Source: Clostridiales bacterium
GTDB lineage: Bacteria; Bacillota; Clostridia; Christensenellales; UBA1242
Assembly (NCBI GenBank): GCA_918292005.1
Contig: CAKJZJ010000007.1
Location: 21,411-85,410, forward strand
Direction: 5' to 3'
DNA: 64,000 bases
Shown here: piece after piece, positions 9,482-20,248 of the stretch
How positions within the stretch are numbered: position 1 is the first letter of the stretch
Layout: each line of letters begins with the position of its first letter
Program-made: the position numbers and the translations under genes
Notes under the pieces: model-generated
Databases searched by the model: none
What the model saw: only the letters and a program-made list of their open reading frames with translations
What the model was told of the DNA's origin: nothing

Positions 9482-12061
9482 ATGGATAGAGAAGAAATAG
9501 AAGAAATTTTAGATAAAATAGATGCTAGCAAGGTGCTAGATGTCAAAGTTAAAGAAGAACTAGAAAAATCATTCATTGCATATGCAATGGCAGTAAATGT
9601 AAGCCGTGCCATTCCAGATGTAAGAGATGGTCTAAAACCAGTGCATAGAAGAATAGTATATGCTATGGGTAGCAATCTAGGATTATTTAATGATAAGCCT
9701 TTTAGAAAATGTGCGACTATTGTCGGTGAAGTAATGGGTAAATTTCACCCACATGGCGATGCAGCCATCTATGATGCGCTAGTTCGTTTGGCACAGGATT
9801 TCACCATTAATTGTCCACTCGTTGAAGGTCACGGAAACTTCGGTTCGGTAGATGGAGACCCTCCAGCAGCATCACGTTATACCGAGGCGAGACTCAGCAA
9901 GATTGCTAGTGAAATGTTGAATGGTATCAATCAAGAAACAGTTGATTTTTATCCGAACTTCGATGGTAGAGAGATGCAACCAGTAGTATTGCCTAGTAGA
10001 TTCCCAAATCTGCTAGTCAATGGTAGTGATGGTATAGCAGTAGGTATGGCTACCAATGTTCCACCACACAATCTATGTGAAGTATGTAATGCTGTTATTG
10101 CTCTTATTGACAATCCAGACATGACCATAGATGACCTAATGCAATATATTCCTGCACCAGACTTCCCAACTAAAGGTATAGTTATCGGTGGCAAGGGCAT
10201 TAGGGAAATGTATGAGACTGGTAAAGGTACATTCTTTATACGTGCCAAAACCGAGATAGAAGAAGAGCATGATAGAGAAAAAATTGTTATTACCGAGATA
10301 CCATATCAGGTAAACAAAGCCAAACTAATCATGCAGATAGCCGACCTAGTTAAATCAAAAAGGATAGAAGGCATATCCGATATTAGAGAAGAAAGTGACA
10401 GAGAAGGTATGAGAATTGTCGTAGACGTAAAGCGTGATGCCAATGCACAGGTAGTTCTCAATAATCTACTCAAACATACCCAACTCCAAGTATCTTTCGG
10501 TGCAATCAATCTAGCACTAGTAGATGGCACACCTAAGATACTGAATCTGAAAGAAATTTTAGTTAATTATTTGCAATTCCAGAAAGAAGTTATTATTAGA
10601 CGTACCAAGTTTGAGCTTGATAAAGCCGAAGCTAGAGCACACATATTGCGTGGACTAGTTATAGCGCAAGCCAATATTGATGAAGTAATACGTCAGATCA
10701 AACTATCTGATGATAAGCCAGATGCAGTAGTAAGGCTAACTAAACTATTCAATCTAGATGAGATACAAGCAAATGCAATACTAGATATGAGACTACAGAA
10801 ACTCACCGGACTAGAAGTAGAGAAGCTAAAAGCCGAACTAGAAGAAGTAGAGCTGACCATCAAAAATCTAAAAGAAATACTAGCTAGTGATGCTAGAGTA
10901 TTCGAGATTATCAAAGGCGATTTAATCGAAATTAAAGGTAAATATGGTGTACCTAGAAAGACCGAAATTAGCTTCGATTATACCAGCCTAGATATCGGCG
11001 ACCTAATCCCTAGACAGACTGTAGTACTATCTCTCACTCATGGTGGATATATCAAACGTATGCCTGTTAGCGAGTATAAGGCACAACATCGTGGTGGCAT
11101 GGGAATAGTAGCACATAAGACCAAAGAAGAAGATTTCGTAGAGAATATCTACATCACATCTTCACATGATGACCTGCTATGCTTCTCTAGTAGTGGTAGG
11201 GTGTATGTAATCAAAGCATACGAAGTACCAGAAGCAGTCAGACAGTCTAAAGGTAGAGCAATGGTAAATCTATTGCAGGTGGATAAAGATGAGAGAATCA
11301 CAACCATTATCCCAGTCAATAGAAAAGAATCCAGTGGTGCTCTAATCATGGCCACCAAGCAAGGTCTCATCAAAAAGACCAAACTCGAAGAATTCGATAG
11401 TATCAGAAAAGGTGGCAAAATAGCCATAAAACTAAATGAAGGCGACGAACTAATATCTGTATATCTAGCACAAGATAATGATGAAGTAATCGTGGCTAGT
11501 AGCACGGGTAAATGTATAAGATTTGCAGTAAACCAAGTAAGAAACCTAGGCAGAGATACTATGGGTGTGAAGTCTATGAAACTAGACGAAAATGAATATA
11601 TCGTAGATATGACACTCATTACTCCGGGAGCAGACATGTTGACCATATCCGAGAATGGCTATGGCAAGAGATCTAGCGAAGATGAGTATAGACTGCAGGG
11701 TAGAAATGGTAAGGGTGTAAAAGCAGGAATATTCAATGAAGAAACTGGACGACTAGTTAATCTAAAACAAGTAACTCCAGACGACGATATCATGCTAATA
11801 GCAGATGATGGAGTAATTATCAGAGTAAGTGCTGATGAGATTAGCAAAATTAGCCGTAATACAAAGGGCGTCCGTATCATGAAAATGAAAGGTGATGCAA
11901 AGATAGTCTGTGTAGCAATTACCAAATCTGAAAAAGCCGAAGAAGATATGGCAGAACAGATGGTAGAAGAAGAACCAGAAATGGTAGAGCCAGAGATGGC
12001 GGAGATATCCGAAGACTACGAAGGCGAAACAAAACCACAGGAAGATAGCGACCTTGTATAG
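9482..12061 (+). CDS. gyrA: DNA gyrase subunit A
   Basis: [24 protein letters not shown], the QRDR-region [22 protein letters not shown], the active-site context [10 protein letters not shown] and C-terminal beta-pinwheel repeats are present. Length is 859 aa with an acidic tail. Confidence 0.97.
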   Translation: MDREEIEEILDKIDASKVLDVKVKEELEKSFIAYAMAVNVSRAIPDVRDGLKPVHRRIVYAMGSNLGLFNDKPFRKCATIVGEVMGKFHPHGDAAIYDALVRLAQDFTINCPLVEGHGNFGSVDGDPPAASRYTEARLSKIASEMLNGINQETVDFYPNFDGREMQPVVLPSRFPNLLVNGSDGIAVGMATNVPPHNLCEVCNAVIALIDNPDMTIDDLMQYIPAPDFPTKGIVIGGKGIREMYETGKGTFFIRAKTEIEEEHDREKIVITEIPYQVNKAKLIMQIADLVKSKRIEGISDIREESDREGMRIVVDVKRDANAQVVLNNLLKHTQLQVSFGAINLALVDGTPKILNLKEILVNYLQFQKEVIIRRTKFELDKAEARAHILRGLVIAQANIDEVIRQIKLSDDKPDAVVRLTKLFNLDEIQANAILDMRLQKLTGLEVEKLKAELEEVELTIKNLKEILASDARVFEIIKGDLIEIKGKYGVPRKTEISFDYTSLDIGDLIPRQTVVLSLTHGGYIKRMPVSEYKAQHRGGMGIVAHKTKEEDFVENIYITSSHDDLLCFSSSGRVYVIKAYEVPEAVRQSKGRAMVNLLQVDKDERITTIIPVNRKESSGALIMATKQGLIKKTKLEEFDSIRKGGKIAIKLNEGDELISVYLAQDNDEVIVASSTGKCIRFAVNQVRNLGRDTMGVKSMKLDENEYIVDMTLITPGADMLTISENGYGKRSSEDEYRLQGRNGKGVKAGIFNEETGRLVNLKQVTPDDDIMLIADDGVIIRVSADEISKISRNTKGVRIMKMKGDAKIVCVAITKSEKAEEDMAEQMVEEEPEMVEPEMAEISEDYEGETKPQEDSDLV

Positions 12062-12148
12062 AAATAGTGCGAAAATATTTGGCAAAACAAAAAGAATTTG
12101 TTAATATATTTACGCAAAAACACGTATATAGAATAGAATGGAAAATAA

Positions 12149-12192
12149 GGAAAACTAATTGTAGTGAGATAACTATGGTTAGTTTTCTTTTG
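12149..12192 (+). terminator. Putative terminator after gyrA
   Basis: A 9-bp stem GAAAACTAA / TTAGTTTTC with a roughly 20-nt loop, followed by CTTTTG. Confidence 0.4.
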
Positions 12193-12221
12193 TAAACTAC
12201 CTAATTAGGAAGGATAAAAGT

Positions 12222-14129
12222 ATGAAAAAATTAGATACAATTAAAACAAAAGAGAAGTTTCTGTCTTCTATAGAGAGTGTGGAAAAAGAGCAGGTTTTCG
12301 AAGCTATCCAGAATAATACCGAAGACCTAGACTTGTACACATATTTCATTACCATGGGTGCGCATAATACTGGTAGCATTGATGAGAATGAATTGTATGA
12401 TTATATGCTGAAAGTCTATAGCGATTGGTATTTCTTGACTAAAAATACCGGCAAAGCCAATGTACTTACAGTTAAACTTTTCTCTGATGAAAATATGTCT
12501 CCAGCCAAGATGACTGGCAAACAATGTTTTGAATTATTCAATAGCAAAAAATATGATAATATTATTCCAATAGAAATACGACATGTAAATAAACTAGACG
12601 AAAAATTCTTTGTGAATATTGATGTCAATGCTCTGTATCAAAAGAATGACAAATATGATACTAATTGCAGACTATACATCAATCTACCTGCAAACAAAAT
12701 TATCGGATTTGTAAAAGAGTTTACCGACAGAGCATATCTAGAGAATATGCCATGCAATATCAAATTTTTAAGTTGTGACGATAGATGTGATACAGTCATC
12801 ATCTATACCGACTACGACAATGTAGAGAATATTGTACATGAGATAGAGAATATCAAAAAAGAATATCCTACCATAATGAAAGGTGTGGGTGGGGTAAATG
12901 TACTACTCGGCAAATATAATGACTATATAGGATTTGGTGAACGTCCAGATGATGGTGGTACATATTTCCATTCACGTGCACGTGCATTGGAGTCTATCAA
13001 AAGTGTGGCTAGTCTAGATATAGTAAAAGAGAATTTCGTAGGTAAAGAAAATAAAATAATATTTAGGTCGGATGGCAAAAATTATACACCTACCGAATAC
13101 CTAACATTCCTAATTGAAAAGATGGCAACCAAACTAGTGGAAGAAAAAATAGAAACTCTAGAAAAAGCAAAAGCAGAATCCGAGCAAAAAGCTGATACTA
13201 AGCAGACAGAAGAAAACAAAGAAGAAAAAACAGATACTACCGAAGATACACAAGATAATAAAAAAGATAATAAGACCAAGACAGAAGAAACAACCGTAGA
13301 TGTCGAAAGTGAAGAAGAACCAAAAGAAAAAGATGAACTCGCAAGGCTATATGAAATCAGGGAGAATATTCAGTCCGAACTCAATTTGGATGAACAAGTA
13401 AAAGCACTGAAAAAATCTCTAACTACTAGAAGTGAATATAGAATGGATCTGGGCGACCTAGGTCAAGTGGACTACAATTTCCTAGGTAAATTGTATTCAA
13501 TATTTACAGTGAGCAGTGGTGCCAAGTATGGCAAATCTGTAGAAGAACAGAAACGTGTAGTTGCGAGCAAAATATTCAGAACTACCGACACTGTGTGTGG
13601 TGTAAATACTAGAGATTTCTTATGTGTATATTTTAGACAAGTATTGACAGACTTTTTAAAGGAAATATTGGATAGAGATATGGAGTCTTGCAAGCAAACC
13701 AAACAGTCTTCTATGCTCAATAATCTCAAGACCAAAAAGGCTCAAAAATTAAAATTGATTATCAGCAAAATACTAGATGAAGATGATGATGAAGGCAAGG
13801 AATATATATCTGATTGTATCAATGATTACATAAGGATACTATCCACCGATGCTAGCGATAATGTAGAAGTATATGTAGATGATGAGAAGGTTGTACTAGA
13901 TACAGATATCAATGCAGACATGCTTTACAATTTCCCAGACCTACAGACAGAGTATATGAATTTGTCAAAAAGTAATGAGTTTATTGACAAAACCCTACAA
14001 GATTTTGGCATACAGCCAGAAAATCTAGCATTGAGCAGTGGTACAAAAAATGTATCTAAAACTAGAGTAAAAGATGTAGAAGAGACTAGAACGTACTACT
14101 ACGATCCAGAAGGATATTTGGGTAAATAA
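12222..14129 (+). CDS. Hypothetical protein, 635 aa, with a central Lys/Glu/Thr-rich low-complexity linker
   Basis: Good RBS (AGGAAGG). The globular N-terminal region contains RLYINLP...NIKF...RCDTVIIY. The low-complexity stretch KAESEQKADTKQTEENKEEKTDTTEDTQDNKKDNKTKTEE lies mid-protein. Confidence 0.6.
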   Translation: MKKLDTIKTKEKFLSSIESVEKEQVFEAIQNNTEDLDLYTYFITMGAHNTGSIDENELYDYMLKVYSDWYFLTKNTGKANVLTVKLFSDENMSPAKMTGKQCFELFNSKKYDNIIPIEIRHVNKLDEKFFVNIDVNALYQKNDKYDTNCRLYINLPANKIIGFVKEFTDRAYLENMPCNIKFLSCDDRCDTVIIYTDYDNVENIVHEIENIKKEYPTIMKGVGGVNVLLGKYNDYIGFGERPDDGGTYFHSRARALESIKSVASLDIVKENFVGKENKIIFRSDGKNYTPTEYLTFLIEKMATKLVEEKIETLEKAKAESEQKADTKQTEENKEEKTDTTEDTQDNKKDNKTKTEETTVDVESEEEPKEKDELARLYEIRENIQSELNLDEQVKALKKSLTTRSEYRMDLGDLGQVDYNFLGKLYSIFTVSSGAKYGKSVEEQKRVVASKIFRTTDTVCGVNTRDFLCVYFRQVLTDFLKEILDRDMESCKQTKQSSMLNNLKTKKAQKLKLIISKILDEDDDEGKEYISDCINDYIRILSTDASDNVEVYVDDEKVVLDTDINADMLYNFPDLQTEYMNLSKSNEFIDKTLQDFGIQPENLALSSGTKNVSKTRVKDVEETRTYYYDPEGYLGK

Positions 14130-14144
14130 TATAGAGAAATAAAA

Positions 14145-14170
14145 AAAGACGAACGTGTAGTCCGTCTTTT
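14145..14170. terminator. Bidirectional terminator between convergent genes
   Basis: Stem AAAGACG / CGTCTTT with an 11-nt loop and A/T flanks. Confidence 0.45.
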
Positions 14171-14174
14171 TATT

Positions 14175-16229
14175 TTATTCTTTATCCCTTTGGTCTTCGG
14201 TCTCAGGTAGTCTATTATTCTCATTACCACCACCCGAGCCACTGGTACCTGTACTACCAGATCCAGTTGTGCCACCAGTGGTGTCTCCGTGATAGTCTTT
14301 TATTACTGTAATACCACCAGATGTGTCGCCAGTTTCATTTAATTTCTTTGCTTTCTTTTTTGCTTTGGCGCTAGTTTTATGATGGGTGGATTTGCCACCT
14401 TTGCGATGTTTCAGGTAGGTAATAAATGTGATGATGAGTATTATTGCTACGATAACAATGGCTATAGCCAAAAGGAGTGATTGATTGTCTGTAAATCCTG
14501 CTTCGGCTGTTACTTCTTTTTTGCTTTCTACTTCGATTTCGGTATTATCGGATACCTGCTTGGCTGTGAGTACTACTTTTATTTCGTGCACGCCTAGTTT
14601 ATCTAGAATGACTGTTGTGCTAGTCTTTTTCGATATATTATCTATAGGGTCTGTGGTACGGAATTGTACACCATCTAGATACCATACGTATTTGTAATCT
14701 TTGTATTTATCCAGTGGGGTGCCATCGCCCGGTTCGGCTATTATTTCTATTTCTTTATTAATAGCAATTTTTGTATCATTGATACGTATGTCTACCGTGT
14801 CTAGTACATTCTCTAGTATAATTACCGTCCTTACGACCGGAATAGATACATTACCAGCCAAATCGCTTACTACATATCTTATCTTTTTCGTTCCTAGGCT
14901 TCCGGTATTTATGCCTGCTATTTCTATGCCTGTATCGTCATCGTATAGTCTAACTTTGTACCCTAGGTCTTCGCCATCGGTTGCTGTATCGGATATTGGA
15001 TCGTATGCTTTATATCCTGGATCTACAAATGTTTTCCCACGGCTAATATACATTAGTGCTTTGCCACGTAAATCTATTTTTGGTTTTATAGTGTCTCTAA
15101 TTACGAAGTCCACAAACATTTCTTTGGTTATTCCGTCTCCGGTAACTGTGATTTTACATTTGTTTATGAAATGTTCAGTTGTAATATTTTTGGTAGAAAC
15201 ATCTTCATAATAAAAGTCGGTGATGTGGTCGAAACCTTTTATAATAATTTTATTCTCTGTGCTAGCCCAGTTGTTTAGATTGGTTAGATTAAATGGTATT
15301 ACGAATGGATTGCCACGTTCTATAAAGAAATCGTTTGCAAATGCTACGGATATATGTTTGAAACTTCCACTCTCATCTCCCAGAGTATCATTATATCCAT
15401 AAAAGTAACTATATTGTGATTTTGTGAGAGACGAAACATTGACTTTATATGTACCGAATGTTGTATTATCTATTAGCCTTTCTGGATCTCCACCAGTAGT
15501 GACAGATGTATATCCTGATGTTTCCACCCCCGTACGATAATCGGTAAATCTAATATTGTAGGATAGATAGGTTGCGTCATTTGTCCTGATGTAGTGCAGT
15601 ACATTGGTGGCTGTTTCTTCATCTATGGCTTTGTCTTCTGGTACATTCTGAATACCGAAAAGGAATTTTGCATTGTCTCGGAATGTTGCACTTAATTGGT
15701 TTAATGATATATTATTGAAATTTAGGTTTATTTTTAGCAGGGTAGTGCTAATGTCACTCACACATTTAAAAGTATTGCCGTGGTATTCTATATCTGTGTC
15801 GGCAGTAAGTCCGGTAAATGCTAGTAGAGCATTCATATCTTCATTAGTAATATTGTTTCTTGCTAGAGATACACCAGATAGAGTCGACGGCCATTCAAAT
15901 TTCGCTAGTTCTATAATATTATGTATATCTAATCCGTCTAGGTTTAGATATCTAATATTGGCCGTAGGTAGATGTGTGTATGTATCTTCGGTAACTTTGT
16001 AGTCATCATGAGTAACGAAATCATTTACATATAGTTTATCTGTATCGGCTTTGCCTAGTAGGGTATATAGCCTATTTTTCAGTGCTGTATTCTCTATAGT
16101 GACTTCGTTGGTGTCTGCATGTACTACCTGTGTGTGTACTGGCATGGAGTGATTGTACACTGCATATCCACCTGCTAGTGCCAGCACAATAGCCGATGCA
16201 ACTAGCCATTTTTTAAATTTATTTCCCAT
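14175..16229 (-). CDS. Type I membrane-anchored surface protein with LRR-like and Ig-like (DUF5011-type) domains
   Basis: N-terminal signal KKWLVASAIVLALAGG. LRR-like segments include LNLDGLDIHNI and LARNNITNEDMNAL. The Ig-like segment is IKPKIDLRGKALMYISRGKTFVDPGYKAYDP. The C-terminal TM LLLAIAIVIVAIILIITFITYL is followed by a basic then Gly/Thr/Ser-rich tail. Confidence 0.7.
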   Translation of the reverse strand: MGNKFKKWLVASAIVLALAGGYAVYNHSMPVHTQVVHADTNEVTIENTALKNRLYTLLGKADTDKLYVNDFVTHDDYKVTEDTYTHLPTANIRYLNLDGLDIHNIIELAKFEWPSTLSGVSLARNNITNEDMNALLAFTGLTADTDIEYHGNTFKCVSDISTTLLKINLNFNNISLNQLSATFRDNAKFLFGIQNVPEDKAIDEETATNVLHYIRTNDATYLSYNIRFTDYRTGVETSGYTSVTTGGDPERLIDNTTFGTYKVNVSSLTKSQYSYFYGYNDTLGDESGSFKHISVAFANDFFIERGNPFVIPFNLTNLNNWASTENKIIIKGFDHITDFYYEDVSTKNITTEHFINKCKITVTGDGITKEMFVDFVIRDTIKPKIDLRGKALMYISRGKTFVDPGYKAYDPISDTATDGEDLGYKVRLYDDDTGIEIAGINTGSLGTKKIRYVVSDLAGNVSIPVVRTVIILENVLDTVDIRINDTKIAINKEIEIIAEPGDGTPLDKYKDYKYVWYLDGVQFRTTDPIDNISKKTSTTVILDKLGVHEIKVVLTAKQVSDNTEIEVESKKEVTAEAGFTDNQSLLLAIAIVIVAIILIITFITYLKHRKGGKSTHHKTSAKAKKKAKKLNETGDTSGGITVIKDYHGDTTGGTTGSGSTGTSGSGGGNENNRLPETEDQRDKE

Positions 16230-16438
16230 TTTATATCCTTTATATTCAGAGTTTTAGTACACAAATATTTCTTTATTTACCAGTAGTTTATCACAAAGTC
16301 TACATTTTCACTAATATTATGACACACTTTCTTTTTTAATAAAAAAGAAAAAGGTTTTTCATAATTTTTTACAAAAGGCCAGCATGTCCATTTTTATGGT
16401 CATAATGTGAGTTAGAGTATCTAAAAGGAGATGGAAAA

Positions 16439-16978
16439 ATGATTGTAATTAGAGATTTGTCCGAGATAGAAAAATACAAAAGTATGGAAGCTGAGATTGT
16501 GGACGATTACATATACAAAGATTATCTCTATGAATTTAAGGAAGGTAATGAATATGCAGATGTGATTTTTGATGTATATGTACCTTTTGGCATTGATGAT
16601 GTGACCGAAGAAAGTGATTATTTACCGAGATATTATTTCTGTGCAAATAGTTTCACTTTTAATATTGGCGGTGGATGCCACAGTATTGCTTGTAATAGTC
16701 TAAAAAGTGGAGATTGTTTATTGGTGGAGAATACCAACGTCTATGGCGATGTGGATGTGCAGACATTATGTGCCGAAAAGGTCGTAGCCAATAATGTGAA
16801 TTGTAGTGAAGATTTGATGGTAAATATTAGTATGGAGTGTGGACATCTGAGTGTAAAAGAAGAATGTGTTTTGGGTAGATTTAAATTCAAATCGGGCATA
16901 GATACATATGTTCAAAAGAACTTTTATAGAAGACGTGAAGAGAATCTGGTCACAGCATCGGGTTTTCTGCCGTTCTAA
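16439..16978 (+). CDS. Hypothetical protein, tandem paralog A (179 aa)
   Basis: RBS AAGGAG. It shares IEKYKS, YEF, DV(I/V)FDV, F(T)FN.GGGCH and a C-terminal G(F/Y).PF with the next ORF. Confidence 0.65.
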   Translation: MIVIRDLSEIEKYKSMEAEIVDDYIYKDYLYEFKEGNEYADVIFDVYVPFGIDDVTEESDYLPRYYFCANSFTFNIGGGCHSIACNSLKSGDCLLVENTNVYGDVDVQTLCAEKVVANNVNCSEDLMVNISMECGHLSVKEECVLGRFKFKSGIDTYVQKNFYRRREENLVTASGFLPF

Positions 16979-17002
16979 AAAATACTACAACAAGGGAGAT
17001 TT

Positions 17003-17551
17003 ATGATGATAAGCATTAAAAATATAGAAGATATAGAGAAATATAAATCAAAAGAATATTATTCGAGAGACGAGAATGTGTATAAAGAATTAATATACGA
17101 ATTCACAGAAAATGGGGAACTCACTGATGTAGTATTTGATGTAGATGTGCCATACTCTGCAGATAGACTCTGGGCATCAGATACACTAATTAATAATTAC
17201 TACTTCATTGCTAACAATATCACCTTTAATAAAGGTGGTGGGTGCCATATAGTTAATTGCGAAAATTTTGTGTCAAAAGAATGGTGCGCTATAGACGAAA
17301 TATTAGCTCAAGGGAATGTAGAAATGGGAAAGGGGCTCATGTGTCAGAGAATATATGCAAAAAATATTATTTGCGATGGTGATCTTTATGTAGAGCAGGA
17401 CATTCAGTGTGAACATCTCAAAGTGACCGATGAATGTATACTAGGTAAATATATTTTTCAGCAAGGGATTGATGTGGATATGATTGTGGGTTATGGTATT
17501 CCAAAAAGTGATTTGGGTAAAATTCATTTGACTGGATATTATCCATTTTAG
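17003..17551 (+). CDS. Hypothetical protein, tandem paralog B (182 aa)
   Basis: RBS GGGAGA. It is collinear with the 16439 ORF in motif order. The C-terminal half has a short-period G/D/V/C pattern suggestive of a beta-helix. Confidence 0.65.
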   Translation: MMISIKNIEDIEKYKSKEYYSRDENVYKELIYEFTENGELTDVVFDVDVPYSADRLWASDTLINNYYFIANNITFNKGGGCHIVNCENFVSKEWCAIDEILAQGNVEMGKGLMCQRIYAKNIICDGDLYVEQDIQCEHLKVTDECILGKYIFQQGIDVDMIVGYGIPKSDLGKIHLTGYYPF

Positions 17552-17570
17552 TACAATCGAGGAGAACAAT

Positions 17571-18077
17571 ATGGAATACGAAATAAGAAATTGTAGTGTG
17601 CTAGATGTTGGTGCTGATGTAATTGTAAATGCAGCGAATAATAATCTAACTGCGGGTGGCGGAGTATGTGGTGCTATTTTTAGCAAAGCAGGCTGGTATC
17701 AATTAAACAAAGAATGTAGCAAATATGTATATGTCGAGACGGGTAGCGCAGTTATAACTAAAGGTTGCAATAGTGGTGCTCGTTACATAGTCCATGCCGT
17801 AGGACCCAATTATGCCGAAGATACTACCGACTGGCAGGAAAAATTGGAATCGACATATAGAAATGCGCTAAAAGTGGGGGATATTGATGGAGTAACTACC
17901 ATAGCATTTCCCTGTATATCTGTGGGTATTTATGCTTGTCCAATAGACAAAGCCACCAAAATTGCAATAGATGTAGTCAGTAATTATGAACCAAAAAATC
18001 TTACCAAATGCATCTTATGTTGTTACACAGGGCATGAGTATCTAGTCTACAAAAAAGAAGAAGGAAGAAGAGGGTAA
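17571..18077 (+). CDS. Macro domain protein (ADP-ribose binding/hydrolase, MacroD-like)
   Basis: VIVNAANNNLTAGGGVCGAIFSKAG, GSAVITKG, YIVHAVGPNY and AFPCISVGIYACP are canonical macro-domain motifs. Confidence 0.85.
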   Translation: MEYEIRNCSVLDVGADVIVNAANNNLTAGGGVCGAIFSKAGWYQLNKECSKYVYVETGSAVITKGCNSGARYIVHAVGPNYAEDTTDWQEKLESTYRNALKVGDIDGVTTIAFPCISVGIYACPIDKATKIAIDVVSNYEPKNLTKCILCCYTGHEYLVYKKEEGRRG

Positions 18078-18079
18078 AT

Positions 18080-18889
18080 ATGGGAAAAATAAAACCAGAC
18101 AAAACAAAATGCTGTTATAAGGGTGTTTCGTTGCCAGACCCAAGCAAACAAGAAGTCAGATACTGGAATGATGTGTGGGATAAATATAATTTTACAGGCA
18201 CTAAATATGATCATGATAAAGCGTTGGATAGTTTGTTTAGTATTGAAGATTTAAGCAAACCAACTACTCCTCAAAAAGAATATGTAAAGTGTTGTACTCT
18301 CAATCATTTATATAGTACAAACATTAAATATATGGATGGTTTGGTATATAAAATATTTAAAAACTGGAAAAAATATAAAGTCAGAATAAAAAAACCTGCA
18401 GATATAAAACTTATTGATGATATGAAAAAAATAGGGAATTATAAAATAAATCGTAAGGTGTATTCAATAAAAACAAAGAATAAAGACAGTATTGATTATA
18501 TATCTTTTTGTAGTAAATATTGTAGAAGATATAATCCTAAAGATTTTCCAATTTATGACGGGGATGTGAATGGTATATTAAAAGCATATAATAATGGCCA
18601 CGGTTTTAACAAGGATGGTGAATATGTCGACAATAATTGGGAGAATAATTATGAGAAATTTGTTGCTGTTGTTGATGCTTTTATAAAGTGGTGTAATAAG
18701 AAAGGCAATATAATAAATGAAAAGAATAAATATGTTAAACTTGACCATTGGCTGTGGGCTATGGCAAAAGCAATCAAAGAATATATAGAAGATAATAAAA
18801 AACAAAACAAAACAACCAAAATTAAAATTGAGGATGTATATGATTTTGTAAAAGATAAATTTAGTATAGAACACATAAATAATGTGTGA
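18080..18889 (+). CDS. Hypothetical protein, 269 aa
   Basis: It starts 2 nt after the macro gene stop. The only weak motif is ISFCSKYCRRYNPKDFPIYDGDV, reminiscent of the SK-x-L-x-P-x-FPI-D motif of OGG-fold/HhH-like proteins. This was not verified. Confidence 0.55.
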   Translation: MGKIKPDKTKCCYKGVSLPDPSKQEVRYWNDVWDKYNFTGTKYDHDKALDSLFSIEDLSKPTTPQKEYVKCCTLNHLYSTNIKYMDGLVYKIFKNWKKYKVRIKKPADIKLIDDMKKIGNYKINRKVYSIKTKNKDSIDYISFCSKYCRRYNPKDFPIYDGDVNGILKAYNNGHGFNKDGEYVDNNWENNYEKFVAVVDAFIKWCNKKGNIINEKNKYVKLDHWLWAMAKAIKEYIEDNKKQNKTTKIKIEDVYDFVKDKFSIEHINNV

Positions 18890-18890
18890 A

Positions 18891-18920
18891 AGATGTCCGT
18901 TTTTATGGACATCTTTTTTG
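18891..18920 (+). terminator. Rho-independent terminator or attenuator inside the cluster
   Basis: Stem AAGATGTCC / GGACATCTT with a 7-nt loop, followed by TTTTG. Confidence 0.55.
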
Positions 18921-18958
18921 TTACGATAGGGGTATCAAATGAAAAGGAGAAAAAGATT

Positions 18959-20248
18959 ATGGATAAATTTGATGAGGCATTCGCTGGGGTGGTAGGATAT
19001 GCACCAATCAAAGTGGAATTAAAAAGGATAGTGGATACTATAGTAAATCCCGACAAATATAAGGGGCTAGGTGTAAATACTCCCAATGGTATACTCATTC
19101 ATGGAAATCCGGGGCTAGGGAAAACATTGATTGCTAATTGTTTTGTAAAAGCGTGTGGACTTAAAGCTTTCGTTATCAGGAAAGATAAACCCGATGGGGA
19201 ATTTGTAAAAGCAATCAAGAGTGTATATGATCAGGCTCTGACAGAGGCACCTAGTATAGTAATGCTAGACGATATGGATAAATTTGTGTCTAGTCAGGAT
19301 AGTAGGAATACTGTGGATAACGCAGAAGAAATGGTGGCTGTGCAGACATGTATAGATGATATGAAGGGTAAAGGTGTGTTTACTATTGCAACAGCTAATT
19401 CTATACGAAATATGCCCGAATCTCTCATTCGTGTGGGAAGATTTGATAAAGTGTATGAGATACATTCGCCAGATAATGAAGACGCAGAGAAGATTATTAA
19501 TTTTTATTTGCAAAAGAAGTCATTGTCTAAAGAACTCGACATATCTATGGTGTCCAAACTACTAGTGGGACATTCGTGTGCAGAGATAGAGACTATTGTT
19601 AATGAAGCTGGTATATATGCTGGCTACGATAATAGGCTGGCTATCAACAATGATGATGTGGTCAAGGCACTAATGAGAGAGGGGTTTAATGCTCCCGAGG
19701 CAATGTCTGACAAACGTAAAAAAAGGATAAGAGAAATCGCTTATCATGAGGCTGGACATACTGTTGTGGCAGAGACATTATCTCCCGGTATAGTGACCCT
19801 AGTATCGGTAAAACAATTTGATGGTGATATTGGTGGAGTTACTACCGAGTATAGCAAAGAAGAATATCTCTCATCTAAGACTATGATGGAGAACAGAGTA
19901 ATAACATTGCTGGGTGGTAGGGCAGCAACTGAATTGGTATATGGCGATATAGACATCGGTGCCTGTTCGGATATTAGGAGATCTAGAGAAATCGTCAATA
20001 GATTTGTTACGCAGTATTGTGCTTTGGGATTTGATAAATACATGGAGTCGCCATATCACGCATCTGAAAATATAAAGCGTGTGATAGAAGATGCTGTTGG
20101 TATGGAAATAAATAAATATTATCAGAGAGCAAAAAATATATTGGCACAGAATAGAAAGTTGCTAGATACATTGGCGGATGCATTGGTACAAAAAGAAACC
20201 CTATTATTCAATGAAATATCTGAAATAAAAAAATCAATTAAAAAATAA
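18959..20248 (+). CDS. FtsH-like AAA+ ATPase fused to an M41 zinc-peptidase domain, lacking the N-terminal TM region
   Basis: Walker A GNPGLGKT, Walker B IVMLDDMD, second region of homology ATANSIRNMPESLIRVGRFDK, zinc motif HEAGHTVV and LGGRAATELVYG are present. The start is placed at the ATG after AAAAGGAGAAAAAG. No hydrophobic segment precedes the ATPase. Confidence 0.8.
   Translation: MDKFDEAFAGVVGYAPIKVELKRIVDTIVNPDKYKGLGVNTPNGILIHGNPGLGKTLIANCFVKACGLKAFVIRKDKPDGEFVKAIKSVYDQALTEAPSIVMLDDMDKFVSSQDSRNTVDNAEEMVAVQTCIDDMKGKGVFTIATANSIRNMPESLIRVGRFDKVYEIHSPDNEDAEKIINFYLQKKSLSKELDISMVSKLLVGHSCAEIETIVNEAGIYAGYDNRLAINNDDVVKALMREGFNAPEAMSDKRKKRIREIAYHEAGHTVVAETLSPGIVTLVSVKQFDGDIGGVTTEYSKEEYLSSKTMMENRVITLLGGRAATELVYGDIDIGACSDIRRSREIVNRFVTQYCALGFDKYMESPYHASENIKRVIEDAVGMEINKYYQRAKNILAQNRKLLDTLADALVQKETLLFNEISEIKKSIKK

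Noticed and set aside
17571-18889. Reading the macro gene and its neighbour as a DarT-DarG toxin-antitoxin pair
   Set aside because: The macro protein is a stand-alone 168-aa domain, not a DarG-like fusion. The adjacent 269-aa ORF shows none of the DarT (DUF4433) features I can recall. The idea is kept only as a general analogy.
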